Origin: Naegleria gruberi
Taxonomy: Eukaryota
Assembly: GCA_000004985.1 (NCBI GenBank)
Contig: GG738884.1
DNA length: 64,000 bases
Direction: 5' to 3' (one strand)
This document shows, piece by piece, positions 1 to 11,012 of the stretch. The position numbers and the translations under genes are program-made. Numbering within the stretch: position 1 is the stretch's first letter; each line of letters begins with the position of its first letter. The notes under the pieces were generated by a model. That model saw only the letters and a list, made by a program, of their open reading frames with translations. It searched no databases and was not told the DNA's origin.

Positions 1-277
1 TACTTTTCGATTCTATAAATTTCCGCATATTTTGTGATTGTCTTTTAAATTTTCTAGTTAATAATTGTTGTTGTTCTCGGAGGTGAATTTCTTCTTGTTT
101 TGATGATGAATAAATTCCATCACTTACATTAAAAATCACTCTCCCTTCATCTTGTTGCATTTTTTAATAATTTTACAAAGATAAATTCCCAACACAGATG
201 TTCCATCCGGATTATTTTGATTCACAGGTATCTACTACTCCAACACAATCGTAATCCTTGGGTTTTGATTTATAGTA

Positions 278-865
278 ATGATATCTAGAAATCAATCAAA
301 AAAAATGCTTCGATTGACCAGATCAGCGATCAAGAGTAATCTCTCGTCATCATTTAAATATAACTCATCACGAGTCTATTTATTTCATCAATCATGCACA
401 AGATTTAATGATGCATCATCTTCAGAAGAAACCACAGAAAAAGAAAAGGAAATAGTTCAAGTACTAGTGCCATTGGTAGGAAGTGGAATTTCGAATATTC
501 AATTCAACAAGTGGCATAAACAAGTTGGAGATCAAGTAGGTTATGGTGATTTAATTGCTGAATTGCAGCATAATGAGACAAAATTGGCAATTGACATTTT
601 TTCACAAAGAAGAGGAATATTAAAAGAACAATTAATTAGTGAAGGATCTTTTGTGAATTGTGGAGATGCAATTTCAAATGTTGAAGTTGAGAAAATGAAT
701 GAAGAAGAGTTGAATATTGACATGACTACTGTCAGGCAGGACCCAAATCAAAAACCTGAAAAACCGTCTTTACTTTCTGCTTTGCTGGATTTAGGTGTTC
801 TAATACTTGCATTCTTTTCTATCTATCCAATGTTTAGTCAAAAAGAAGAAGAAAAAACAAACTAG
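278..865 (+). CDS. Small protein with a single lipoyl/biotinyl-attachment-like (hybrid motif) domain, an N-terminal presequence-like region and a C-terminal hydrophobic segment
   Basis: 195-aa ORF. The core VPLVGSGISNIQFNKWHKQVGDQVGYGDLIAELQHNETKLAIDI...GILKEQLISEGSFVNCGDAISNVEV resembles the lipoyl-domain pattern (G-D-V..GD.L.EIETDKA...EG.V..G). The N-terminus is basic and S/T-rich like a mitochondrial presequence. The C-terminus has a hydrophobic stretch, LGVLILAFFSIYPMF. Confidence 0.4.
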   Translation: MISRNQSKKMLRLTRSAIKSNLSSSFKYNSSRVYLFHQSCTRFNDASSSEETTEKEKEIVQVLVPLVGSGISNIQFNKWHKQVGDQVGYGDLIAELQHNETKLAIDIFSQRRGILKEQLISEGSFVNCGDAISNVEVEKMNEEELNIDMTTVRQDPNQKPEKPSLLSALLDLGVLILAFFSIYPMFSQKEEEKTN

Positions 866-951
866 ATCAATTTGTATTTTAAGGGAATTTTCAATATTAA
901 ATAAGATTAGAAACTGTTTAACTTTCATGGAACTAAACCTTATATTAATTC

Positions 952-3018
952 TTATCTAACTCTTGGAGGTTTGTAATTCGAAAAGGCAACTTTAACAGCA
1001 ACAACCTCTCCTTGATGAATCTTGTACAGACATGGATAAGCTCCATCACCATTTCCACACATTGAAAATAATCCATACGGGAATAGTATTAATTGCTTAT
1101 CAGATGATTCGTTCAAAATTCCATTCACTACCTCATACCAATCCATACTTTCTTGTTTCGTATTCTTGAAAAGAGATGCATCTTCGAATTTATCACCATC
1201 AATAATTCCAACTCCATGATCAATTCCAATAATATTTGAGACATGCCATCCATGACGAATTTCCTGATTGAAAAGGTCAAAATCAGAGTCAAAGATATTT
1301 CCAGGAGTTTCCCAATCCTTCTCAATTTCTGGATGATCTTTTGCATATTCATTGTTGTAGAGTAAAATTTGTTTTGGTAAACGTGGATTCAATTGAGTTG
1401 CTGTCCAGACACCATTTTTAACATTTTCAATTAAGGCACTTTCGTCCTCTCTATCAGTTGTGAAATCAATAACTTTTAACTTTCCAGAATCTACTTGAAT
1501 TTCATTACTTTCCATCATACATAACCAATCTTCATTCAAGTCAACCTTTGGCTCTTCTTCAGATTCTATATTGGATTTTTTTGGTTCTAAAATACCAAAG
1601 GCATGATCTGTCTTTCGTCCAATAAAAGATGTTCCTTTTGATCTTTCTCTCCACATTCCATATTTCAAGCAACCATCTTCAATATCATATACGAACCCAT
1701 AGTCATCTGAACCTGTATAGAGTGGTGCACCCAAGTAATTAGAAAACTCTTTCACACTTGTCATTTCTATATAATTTTCACTGCATAATTTTGGATATTT
1801 GGTCTTGCAATTGATTCCTCGAGTGATGTGAAATTTTGAGAGTTTTTCTGATTGATCAATAGCATGAATGTATTCTCCTCTAAATGAAGGAAAGTGTTTT
1901 TTCAACTCATCCTTACTTTGAATAGTAATGCTTGGATGTTCCTTCCCCAATTGATAGGTTTTAAATGAGAATTCTCGATTAATTTCCTCTCTAGTCCAGT
2001 AAGGAATTTGTTTGACTGCATTATCATCAATATGAATAGCATTACAATCTAAACCTTTGAAAGCCAATATAGAATTTGATTTTTCACTCCATCCAATAAT
2101 TTCTTCTCTTGGATAGAAAGAATTCTTCTCCAAAATGCATTGAATTTTGCCACTTTCTATTGGAGAGTTTTTAGGAGCTGGTTTATAACTCAGAATTTGA
2201 GAATTGCAGAATAGGATAATTCCATATTTTTCTGAAAGTCCAATATAATTAATGTCACTTTGCCATGGTAAATGATCAATGACGCTTAATTGATTATTCG
2301 AATCGAATATAATTTCTACCAATCTTCTATCACCACAAACCATTGCCTGTATTGTCTTATCTTGCTTATATGGAATGAATTTATGACTTGTAAAACCATT
2401 GGAAATTACACTGCAAAACATTGAAGTATCATTAATAATAAACTTTTCAAATTCTCTCTTTTCCCTTTCGAATAAATAAAAGAATTGTTGATAATACAAG
2501 CCACACACTGCATACTTTCTGCAGCTTTGAACATTTTCACATGGAATAAAACACGTAAGTTTCTCACGAAGATCCTTATCAAGTACAATCTTTTTAGTTT
2601 CGAATTTCCTTGATGTAAAATCAACTAATAGAAAATCAGATCTGGTTGGCGTACCAAGAAGAGCATGTCCATCAAATATTCCAACACAATAAAAAACCTG
2701 TTCATTGCCAATGTCAATATTTTCAATTTTTTGATCTTTGAAAAGGAATAACTTGTTATCGGAAACTATTATTCCCTGGACACATGTGGAATCTAATAAA
2801 TGGCTTTCTGTGTCCATGTGGAATGATGCATAACCTTGTCCTTCTGTTATTGTCCATTCTTGTAAAATATTTTGATTCTCATCAATGTGAAGTAATTTAT
2901 TGCCACCATCTTGTTGCTGAATGACGTAATTTGATGAGTGACAGAAGAGAAAAGTTCCAGGTGGTGTGAATTGCATTTTTTTTTGGTTGTTTCTTTTCAA
3001 ATATTGGCGCCGCCACAA
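952..3018 (-). CDS. Hypothetical 688-aa protein, W- and D-rich, with no recognisable domain
   Basis: Single uninterrupted 2067-nt ORF with coding-like composition. Its start lies only 47 bp downstream of the stop of the ABC gene on the same strand. I could not assign a domain from sequence alone. Confidence 0.5.
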   Translation of the reverse strand: MWRRQYLKRNNQKKMQFTPPGTFLFCHSSNYVIQQQDGGNKLLHIDENQNILQEWTITEGQGYASFHMDTESHLLDSTCVQGIIVSDNKLFLFKDQKIENIDIGNEQVFYCVGIFDGHALLGTPTRSDFLLVDFTSRKFETKKIVLDKDLREKLTCFIPCENVQSCRKYAVCGLYYQQFFYLFEREKREFEKFIINDTSMFCSVISNGFTSHKFIPYKQDKTIQAMVCGDRRLVEIIFDSNNQLSVIDHLPWQSDINYIGLSEKYGIILFCNSQILSYKPAPKNSPIESGKIQCILEKNSFYPREEIIGWSEKSNSILAFKGLDCNAIHIDDNAVKQIPYWTREEINREFSFKTYQLGKEHPSITIQSKDELKKHFPSFRGEYIHAIDQSEKLSKFHITRGINCKTKYPKLCSENYIEMTSVKEFSNYLGAPLYTGSDDYGFVYDIEDGCLKYGMWRERSKGTSFIGRKTDHAFGILEPKKSNIESEEEPKVDLNEDWLCMMESNEIQVDSGKLKVIDFTTDREDESALIENVKNGVWTATQLNPRLPKQILLYNNEYAKDHPEIEKDWETPGNIFDSDFDLFNQEIRHGWHVSNIIGIDHGVGIIDGDKFEDASLFKNTKQESMDWYEVVNGILNESSDKQLILFPYGLFSMCGNGDGAYPCLYKIHQGEVVAVKVAFSNYKPPRVR

Positions 3019-3065
3019 TATTGTAATGATCTAGTCTAATAGAGATATATTTTTATTGTAATGAT

Positions 3066-6000
3066 TTAGGCATAATCAAACTCTGTTTCAGAGGATTTGC
3101 TTTTCATTCTATTCTTGAGCCATTTAACTGCATGACGTAATCCAGTTGAGAAATAATTCTGAGTTGCATTAATGGCCAAATTGACATAACTTGATGGTTT
3201 CACACAGACAAGTGCAATAAATGCTGAAATTCTGAAAGCTAAACCAAAGATAACCATCATGTAAATGGTCATTCCCAATTCATTCTCTTCATATCCCATA
3301 TTCTTCAAACTTGTTGAAATGTCATAGATATCACTATATTTGGTAATTTCAATGAGATAGGCATTTTCATGACTGTAGGTAAGGAAAGATATCCATGGCA
3401 TGATATTGATAGGGAATGACATGGCTTTCAATGAAGGAAGAGGTGTTGTTGATCCACTGAATGTGTTAAATATGAAAACTAAAACAACAGCAGTCAATTG
3501 AGCTATTCCTGGTTGAACTATAATCGAAACTAGATATCCTAAACCATATGATGTCCAATAAACTAGTAATAGAACATAATAATATTCATAAACTGGTGCT
3601 CTTGGTGAAACTACAGTGTAATAAATTGTTAAAAAGACAATTGGTGCAATCAAGTTTACAATGAAAAGTGATAAATCTTTAGCCCAGAAATAACAGAAGG
3701 TACTTAATCCTGTTTGACTTTCTCTATTGAAAATTAAACTTTCCTTACCAAATGCTCTGAGTGCTGACATGGCAGCCATCAAAGCCATGCCAAGTGTCAT
3801 GAGTGAAGATGTGGCAGCAACTGGATCATCAACAGGTTGTTTACAAATTTCTTGTAAACCACTTGGACATAATTCATAAATTCCCTTTGGTGGAGGACCA
3901 ACATATACCTTATTATGGTAAACAAGACCCAAGAATGCTGAACAAAGGAAAATTAAGAAAAAGTCCAAAATTAAACTTGGCAAAGTTCTCAAAATTTGAG
4001 TGAAACTTCTCTTGAAACACATCCAGAATTGAGCAAAATAGGAAAATCTTGGATTTTTGAATTGAACTTGTTCTGGTTGATCATTAATTGAAGATTCGCT
4101 ACTAGTTTCGGTTGTTGTTTCTTCTTCGTATAAGTGTTTCTTCATTTCCCAAACTTCTGGTAATGAGATAGGTTCAAACTCTATATCTTTCTGACATGGA
4201 ACTAAACCTGCAGAAACATCAATTACAAAATCAGCCAAATTAGTTCCATTAGGTTTTGGAAATCCTAATTCCTTTTCAAAGTATTCTTCAACTCGTGTGA
4301 CAGGTCCAAGATAAATAGTTTTACCACCCTTTCCTAGCAATAGTAAATTATCAAACATGTTAAATATTTCATATCTAGGTTGATGGATAACAGTAATAAC
4401 TGTCATTCCTGATTTGGCAATTTCTTGTAAACATTGACAGACTTCCATAGATGAACTACTATCCAAACCAGAAGTAGGTTCATCAAGGAAGACTGCAATT
4501 GGACAAGCAACCAATTCAATGCCAACATTAACTCTCTTTCTTTGACCTCCTGAAATTCCACGTTTTTCTTGATCTCCAATTATGGCATGTCTAACATCTT
4601 GTAAATTCAAAACATGAATCACATCATTGACAATGGCGTCAATTTCCTTAGATGGTGTACTTGCATCAAGTCTGGTCTTTGCTGAAAAATATAAAGTTTC
4701 TTCTACTGTGCAAGAACTAATCATAATGTCATCTTGTGGGACGAAACCTAGCTTACTATTGTAATTCGAAAGGTTGTCTCTCTTTCCATTGACGAATACT
4801 TGACCTAATTGAGTTCCATAATAGGCACGATTTGAGAGTGTGGTAATGAAAGTACTTTTACCAGCTCCTGATAAACCCATGACAGCTGTCAATTTGCCAT
4901 GTTTAATTTCACCAGTGACACTATCCAAAACTCTCTTTCCAGAACCTTTCAATGTAAGACCCAAATCCTTGAAACCAATATCAACAGTAAATTGATTAGT
5001 TCTAAAACCAGACGGTTTGTCACTTGCCAACAAATTTGAATTTTCATTAACATCTTTCAAGAACAATTTAGTTCTCTTATGTTTCTTAACATTCTTCAAA
5101 CTATATCTAACATAAAATCTGAAAGCAGCTTCATAAGAAACATAAATAATTGCAATAATAATCATGATAATGACAACCATGGCCAATCCACCAAATTCCA
5201 TTCTATCACTTTTTGTTCCTTTTGGACAATTAGAAAAGAATGAACAACCAGTTGGTTTGATACTTCCCTCACGACAATAATAACCAGCTGGGCATAGGAT
5301 TTTCAAACTGGCATTTGGACAATAGTAAGATTCTGGACACAGCTTGTAGGTGAAGGATCCTTCTGGACAATATTGAGATTCTGAACAGTTTCTAATAGTA
5401 TGAGTGTTTTCACAGTAGAAACCTGCTGGACAGAGTGACTTCTTGTAGGATCCAGGTGGACAATAATCCATAGAATCATTCTTGAATTCACAGAGAGATG
5501 GTTCAATAACTGTATCATTTAAACAATAGGTATTTTCTGGACAATCCAGATTATCTGTGGTTGTTCCATTTTCCATAATAACTACTTGTCTGGCCATGTT
5601 ACAATAATCACCTTCCTTACATGATTCAATTCCAGTGAAATATGGAGTAGTATCACCAACCTTCAATTTCTTAATATAGTAACCAGGAGGAACTGGTAAA
5701 GGACGTTCATATTTTGTTGTACAGATGGTGCCATCTGGACAATCCTCACTTCTCCATAAACTACTGCCGAAACATGTTTGTTTTCCAAATTCTCCATCAC
5801 ACATCAATGGATATGGCATTTGAATGTATGGACAAATGTAACCACTTGGACATGGAATTCTAATTCCAGACAAACAGTAGCTCTCCACAAGACATGGTAT
5901 TCTAGTAAGCGATCTATAAATGAAATCTCCTGGATTTGTCAAAGTATACGGAACTACCAATGTGCTTCTGAAGAGATTACACAAATTACCTCTCAAACAT

Positions 6001-8270
6001 GAGCTTGATAACATGGCAAATTGATTTTCATTGAAATCTCGTGGAGGGGCTTGATTACATGCACCTGAGAATGATTTCAAAAAGACATTATCAGGATCTG
6101 TCTTTAAAGTATCACAGACAAGTTTGAATCTGTCATTGGCTTCAATTTCCCATCTCTTTCTAGTAATGGAAAGGAAGAGGAATTGATTGTTTTCTGAAAC
6201 GAATAAATCAATTACCTTTCCAAGTGCTAAGAAATCATTAACATTATTGGTCATGGCCACGTATCCTTGTTCAATTAAGGAAGGATCATCAGGAGTGGAT
6301 GAGGTTAAATTGAGTGAAATTGCAAGAACTTGCACATTTTTCTTCATTGAAATGTAAATATTTTCTTGCCAGTAACCAAAGAAGAAGGTAAATAAATCTT
6401 CCTGTTGAGTGAATGCTCCTGTGAAAATGTCAATTTCGCATCTGGCTTTTGAGGCATCTTCCATACATTGATCAGTGTCAATTTGTCCTCCTTTCAGATA
6501 GTCAAATTGGCAAATGACAGATGGATTCAAGTGTCTAGTTTCGTTATAAGCAGAAATACCATTCATTGTTTGATTAATGTCCATGAAACTTGATTTGATA
6601 ATTTCAACTTCATCATTCATTTCAGTAATGGTTTGAATATTGTCCAAACATTTACCATTATTCGAATGTTGATTGGCTCCACAATTGAAAGTTTGTGGTC
6701 TATTAGCTGTGTTTCCTTCATTGAAGTTAAAATTATAATTGACAAATTCTGGAATGTGATGTAAAACAAAGGAATACCTTTCGTTTGTTTCACCTTGTTT
6801 CTTCAAGCCCAGACCAATATATAAATTTTGAGAAGGTGGAAATTCTACATTCTCACATGTAGTTTGCAAAGAGAGTTTGATTGGCTTTCTCAATTTATCA
6901 AGAATTGGATAGGCAACAGTAATGGAAGATCCCTCAGGAGCTTGATAAAAAGTATTTAAATTATCTGAATTGACCAAATCAATCTTTCTATAAGAATCTT
7001 GGAACTCTACAATTCTAACTTGCTTTGAAGTGTATATCATAATAAGAGATCTTGAATTAGCCAAATGATTTCTTTCAAAAAATGTTTCTTGAATTCTCAT
7101 TGGTGCTGTCTTTGAAAAATTACCAAAATGAATAAAAGTTTCAATTCTGAAATCTTCATCACTTTCTACATCCCATTTCAATGGAACTGTCATGTAATTC
7201 TGATGCATTACAGTACCTCTAATGAAAATGAGTTGATATCTTGGTTTTTGACCGTCATCAATAATTTTGAGAACACCAACAGAGTAAACATTTTGAGTTT
7301 GAGTATCTCTGAACATTTTCAAATCCAGAACTTGTTTGACATTATCATCCAAACTGTAGAACCAATATCTGTAAAATTCTACCTGATAAAAATTAAACAC
7401 TCCATTAATGTTTAACTTTCCATATTTAGTTACTTGAACTAGGGCAATTTGATCTTGGTCATCTCCAATACCAGTCACTGAACCATATACTTCTCCTTTC
7501 AATAGTTCTCTATAACCAGGATACTTGTAATAAATAGTAAAACCACCATTATAGAAATCTTTAGTATTAACCATGACAACTCTTCCATTTTGATAAAATT
7601 GAAAGAGACGGCCAAAGGATTTACGTCCATTACTTGAATCAACAGCTCTAATAGCAACTACACCTTTACAATCATCTTCTAAAGGTGAATCAATTCCACC
7701 ACATTTGTACTGAAATTCTCCTTTGTTAACAACTTGAACATCTGAGAATATTTCAGGAGTTCCAGCAAATGGATTTGTTTTAGAGCACCACAAGTCAGTA
7801 AAAACAATTGGCATATCAGCAGTACCACATCCATCTTTTGGTCCTGTGTAGAGAGTTGGAGTATCATCATCGCCAATAACTCTTAATTTGATGTTAGAGG
7901 TTGCTCTCTGTTTTTGAAAACTTCTCTTATGTGAACTCTGTGAGTCTATAGCATCTCTCAAATGTTGATACAGAACAGAATCTGGTCTTTTGTAATCAGA
8001 TTGTTGTTCATTCACATGGCTTGCCTTAATGGATGATTCTTGTCTTATGAGAGTATGGTCTTGGAACAAGTATGGATTCATGGAAGGAGCAACAGCAGCA
8101 TGCACACTGCTGATAGTTACTCCTGTTTCTGATAACATGTTATTGCCATTATTGAACTGGTGAAATGTGAAGAAAAGTATCAAGAGTGTGGAAATGATGA
8201 ACAATCTCACACCATGAGAAATTCCGAAAGGATTTGTTGTGGTAGTATGTTGTCGAAGAAGAGGTACCAT
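3066..8270 (-). CDS. ABCG-type (White-like) half transporter fused to a roughly 1000-aa N-terminal extracellular Cys-rich domain. Layout: signal peptide, ectodomain, TM, NBD, 6-TM domain.
   Basis: 1734-aa single-exon ORF. Walker A GLSGAGKST, ABC signature ISGGQRKRVNVGIEL, Walker B VFLDEPTSGLD and H-loop VIHQP are present. The NBD precedes the C-terminal multi-helix TMD, which is the ABCG order. Upstream are a signal peptide (FIISTLLILFFTF), a roughly 950-aa domain ending in tandem CxxGxYC modules (CPPGSYKKSLCPAGFYCENT...CPEGSFTYKLCPESYYCPNASLKILCPAGYYC), and a TM helix (LAMVVIIMIIIAIIYV). Confidence 0.85.
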   Translation of the reverse strand: MVPLLRQHTTTTNPFGISHGVRLFIISTLLILFFTFHQFNNGNNMLSETGVTISSVHAAVAPSMNPYLFQDHTLIRQESSIKASHVNEQQSDYKRPDSVLYQHLRDAIDSQSSHKRSFQKQRATSNIKLRVIGDDDTPTLYTGPKDGCGTADMPIVFTDLWCSKTNPFAGTPEIFSDVQVVNKGEFQYKCGGIDSPLEDDCKGVVAIRAVDSSNGRKSFGRLFQFYQNGRVVMVNTKDFYNGGFTIYYKYPGYRELLKGEVYGSVTGIGDDQDQIALVQVTKYGKLNINGVFNFYQVEFYRYWFYSLDDNVKQVLDLKMFRDTQTQNVYSVGVLKIIDDGQKPRYQLIFIRGTVMHQNYMTVPLKWDVESDEDFRIETFIHFGNFSKTAPMRIQETFFERNHLANSRSLIMIYTSKQVRIVEFQDSYRKIDLVNSDNLNTFYQAPEGSSITVAYPILDKLRKPIKLSLQTTCENVEFPPSQNLYIGLGLKKQGETNERYSFVLHHIPEFVNYNFNFNEGNTANRPQTFNCGANQHSNNGKCLDNIQTITEMNDEVEIIKSSFMDINQTMNGISAYNETRHLNPSVICQFDYLKGGQIDTDQCMEDASKARCEIDIFTGAFTQQEDLFTFFFGYWQENIYISMKKNVQVLAISLNLTSSTPDDPSLIEQGYVAMTNNVNDFLALGKVIDLFVSENNQFLFLSITRKRWEIEANDRFKLVCDTLKTDPDNVFLKSFSGACNQAPPRDFNENQFAMLSSSCLRGNLCNLFRSTLVVPYTLTNPGDFIYRSLTRIPCLVESYCLSGIRIPCPSGYICPYIQMPYPLMCDGEFGKQTCFGSSLWRSEDCPDGTICTTKYERPLPVPPGYYIKKLKVGDTTPYFTGIESCKEGDYCNMARQVVIMENGTTTDNLDCPENTYCLNDTVIEPSLCEFKNDSMDYCPPGSYKKSLCPAGFYCENTHTIRNCSESQYCPEGSFTYKLCPESYYCPNASLKILCPAGYYCREGSIKPTGCSFFSNCPKGTKSDRMEFGGLAMVVIIMIIIAIIYVSYEAAFRFYVRYSLKNVKKHKRTKLFLKDVNENSNLLASDKPSGFRTNQFTVDIGFKDLGLTLKGSGKRVLDSVTGEIKHGKLTAVMGLSGAGKSTFITTLSNRAYYGTQLGQVFVNGKRDNLSNYNSKLGFVPQDDIMISSCTVEETLYFSAKTRLDASTPSKEIDAIVNDVIHVLNLQDVRHAIIGDQEKRGISGGQRKRVNVGIELVACPIAVFLDEPTSGLDSSSSMEVCQCLQEIAKSGMTVITVIHQPRYEIFNMFDNLLLLGKGGKTIYLGPVTRVEEYFEKELGFPKPNGTNLADFVIDVSAGLVPCQKDIEFEPISLPEVWEMKKHLYEEETTTETSSESSINDQPEQVQFKNPRFSYFAQFWMCFKRSFTQILRTLPSLILDFFLIFLCSAFLGLVYHNKVYVGPPPKGIYELCPSGLQEICKQPVDDPVAATSSLMTLGMALMAAMSALRAFGKESLIFNRESQTGLSTFCYFWAKDLSLFIVNLIAPIVFLTIYYTVVSPRAPVYEYYYVLLLVYWTSYGLGYLVSIIVQPGIAQLTAVVLVFIFNTFSGSTTPLPSLKAMSFPINIMPWISFLTYSHENAYLIEITKYSDIYDISTSLKNMGYEENELGMTIYMMVIFGLAFRISAFIALVCVKPSSYVNLAINATQNYFSTGLRHAVKWLKNRMKSKSSETEFDYA

Positions 8271-8701
8271 GGTTACTGTATGTGATACCTCTTGGATCTT
8301 TTTTTTCCTGAATGAGGAGGCAAGTTATGATTTGGTTTGCTGGAACATGACTCGTTCGGAGTTAAATTCTCCTTTGCCGGAGTGCAGGTGTGAAAATAGT
8401 AACACTTCTAATACATGAATTCAAAAGCTCCCCTTACTCTACAAACATAATATTGTTTTCCAGGAAACCAAATAGGAAAAACATCTTCTAGTTGAGTTAC
8501 GATTTTGTAAAATTGAGCCCTTTATGATTGCTTTGAAAATTTTCTAATCACACAATCCACATTACGAACCAACTCAACACTTAATGCTTCATTTCTTCTC
8601 AAATTATAAGAGAGTGATTGCTGAAAATTGCTTTGAAATTTACAGAACGCGAATTTTCAATTTGAATTTCAAAGAAATTTGATTTTTTTAATTAAAAGAT
8701 C

Positions 8702-9634
8702 TTAATTGGCAAATCCTGAAGTACCAGTGAAACCTCCTCTACCACCACTACTGCTACCACCTCCAACAAAGGCAGTTCTTTCTCCAACATATCCATATCC
8801 AGCTCTACGAATACCAAGAACATCCATAACACAATTTCTGAAAGCAGTAATGATACCACAAATAATTGAACAACAAATGCAAATAGCAACTACAATGACA
8901 ATGACAACAATAGCAAAGAGTGGGAGTCCTTCATTACACTTTGAGAATTGATCACCAACAGTATTGAAAGTAACAGTTGGTTGATAAGCAATATTGGAAC
9001 TGATAGCACCAGTTGAGAAGGTGACAGTTTTTCCATTGACAACAGCACTTCCTCCTGAAGTAGTTACATTGTTAGCAAGATTGACATCAGAAGAGAAGAT
9101 GAACTTTGAAGTAAGCATGCCAATTGGTGAGCTTTCCTTATAGTAATAGGAGACATAATTTTGCTTCTATGATGTGTTACAAAATTTCATGTGTGAAAAT
9201 CAATCAATACTTACATTAGAATTAACTCTAATTGGTCCATTAGCACTATATGTATAACGAATGGTAAGTGTAGTGGTGAGTGTGCTTGGAGTGGAAGGGA
9301 AGAAATTAGCAACAATAAAGTTAGAATCTTGTTGAGCTGAGACATATTTAGATGACAATGAATATCCTCCAGTCAATACATCAACTCTAACAGAACTCAT
9401 GTCAATAGAAGAAGCAATTGAATAAGGAACTGCTCTAGCAACAGTTGAGTAGGATCCAGTGAATTGATAGCTGTAAGTTTCCACAACTGAAACAGCACAT
9501 GAACTGGCACTGAGTGTAACGTCTGATTGAATACTAGCAATTGAATATGTCTTTTGAGCATTACAAACTCCGAGAATGATCATCAAGATCATCATCATTA
9601 CTACAGAACTTGTTGAACTGATAATTTGCTTCAT
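8702..9634 (-). CDS. Secreted or type I membrane protein with a Gly-rich C-terminal tail. Two exons: join(8702..9136,9215..9634), intron 9137..9214.
   Basis: Signal peptide MKQIISSTSSVVMMMILMIILGVCNA. Exon 1 ends AAT|GTAAGT and the acceptor is TATAAG|GAA, which joins the two ORF-track ORFs in frame (...VNSN|ESSPIGMLTSKF...). Exon 2 has a TM segment (LFAIVVIVIVVAICICCSIICGII) and a tail GGGSSSGGRGGFTGTSGFAN. Total 284 aa. Confidence 0.6.
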
Positions 9635-11012
9635 ATTTTAATGGTAAAAATTGTTTGTCGTTGTTTTGTTTTTTTCAAACTGTTGAAAATGAAAGATACG
9701 AAGAGTAGTACGATTTTATTCACTTCCACTTGTTTCTTGAGAGATGATTAGGAGGGTGGATGGGAGAGGATAGTGTGTTACGATTTTTGATTGCAATGTT
9801 GCAGGGTCACCTTCTGTTAATTTCCTTCGATTTCAAGAAGTAATACCTTCCGATGATTAAAAAGAAGTGTTGTTTTCTTGGTTATTGTGTGACAGTGGTT
9901 GTTATTTTGTTGGAAGGAAAACAGAAACATCATAGTGATGGGTTACCTTCATCTTGTTTTGTATCCATTACAATTTAATTCATCCTCGTTATTGTTAACA
10001 TTTTGCAACAACAACAGATACGGAATAGATATACAATATAGGAGCAAAACTATAATCATTCAATTAACACAATAATGGCAATTGAAAGTAATTAGAAAAT
10101 TACCATTTACGATCTGGTGGAGCAACAGTCAATACCAGTTATTTAAACAAGTTGTGAACCAAACCATCAAAAAAACAGGCCAAACAACAGTTGTTAGAAT
10201 TCAAACAAGAAGAATCCAGTCGACTGTAATAATGAGAAATGTAACTGACCACATGGTCATGTGAAGGATTTCCAGGTAACAATAGTGAGTTGTATTGATA
10301 ATTGTCTCACGCGGACTTCAAGATGCATGCACAAAGACTCGATCAGATATATTGAAGCGTATGTGCTCATGAGAGATTGATTCAATATGATATTCGAATC
10401 CAAGAGAATAGAATTTAGCCAGACAACCCATGAAGAGATTGAATCTAAATAGATATTACACAAGATGTGTGAACCTCATTACCTATTATTCAACAAAGGT
10501 TTGTATATTTTGTTGTATACAACATTATGGCAAGTCGCGTGCAGGTTTACATTAGGGATCGTCATCTTTGCATCATCTATGATGTGATCCTTATTGTAAT
10601 CCTGATTTCCACTTCAATTCTCTGTGCTTAGTGAGGGACCTTATCTTCGTCATCCTCAAAAGGTACCCACCACACATGCAACAACTCAGCGCTCTGATCT
10701 AATCGATATGTGGCATGATGATGGAAAATTCAGCCTCGTCTTCTTAGTGCCCTAATTGTTTTGAAAGCCAAATTTTCTTAATTGGCACAGTTGTAAACTC
10801 TCGCGTTTTTTATTTTGGAATTTTCGCCAATTTTTAATTGCTATCTTTGTGCCAGGCACGGAAAATTAGATAACAATGTTTAAAAAGCATTCTAAAAATT
10901 CACGTTCATGATCAAATAACTACAAAAAAACAACTCAACAACGATATCGAGTGTTTTCTCACAACCAACCAACTAACGAACCAAACCAATCACACACAAT
11001 TCCTAATAGAAG

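Noticed and set aside
3803-7415. Several 60-95-aa ORFs (3803..4003, 5303..5518, 5778..6002, 7128..7415, 7679..7876) inside the ABC gene
   Set aside because: They are internal to or antisense to a 5.2 kb continuous CDS with clear ABC motifs. These are typical chance ORFs.
10082-10463. Short ORFs (60-68 aa) in the 9.6-10.9 kb spacer
   Set aside because: They have no coding periodicity, they overlap each other, and they sit in an otherwise ORF-free segment. I treated the region as non-coding.
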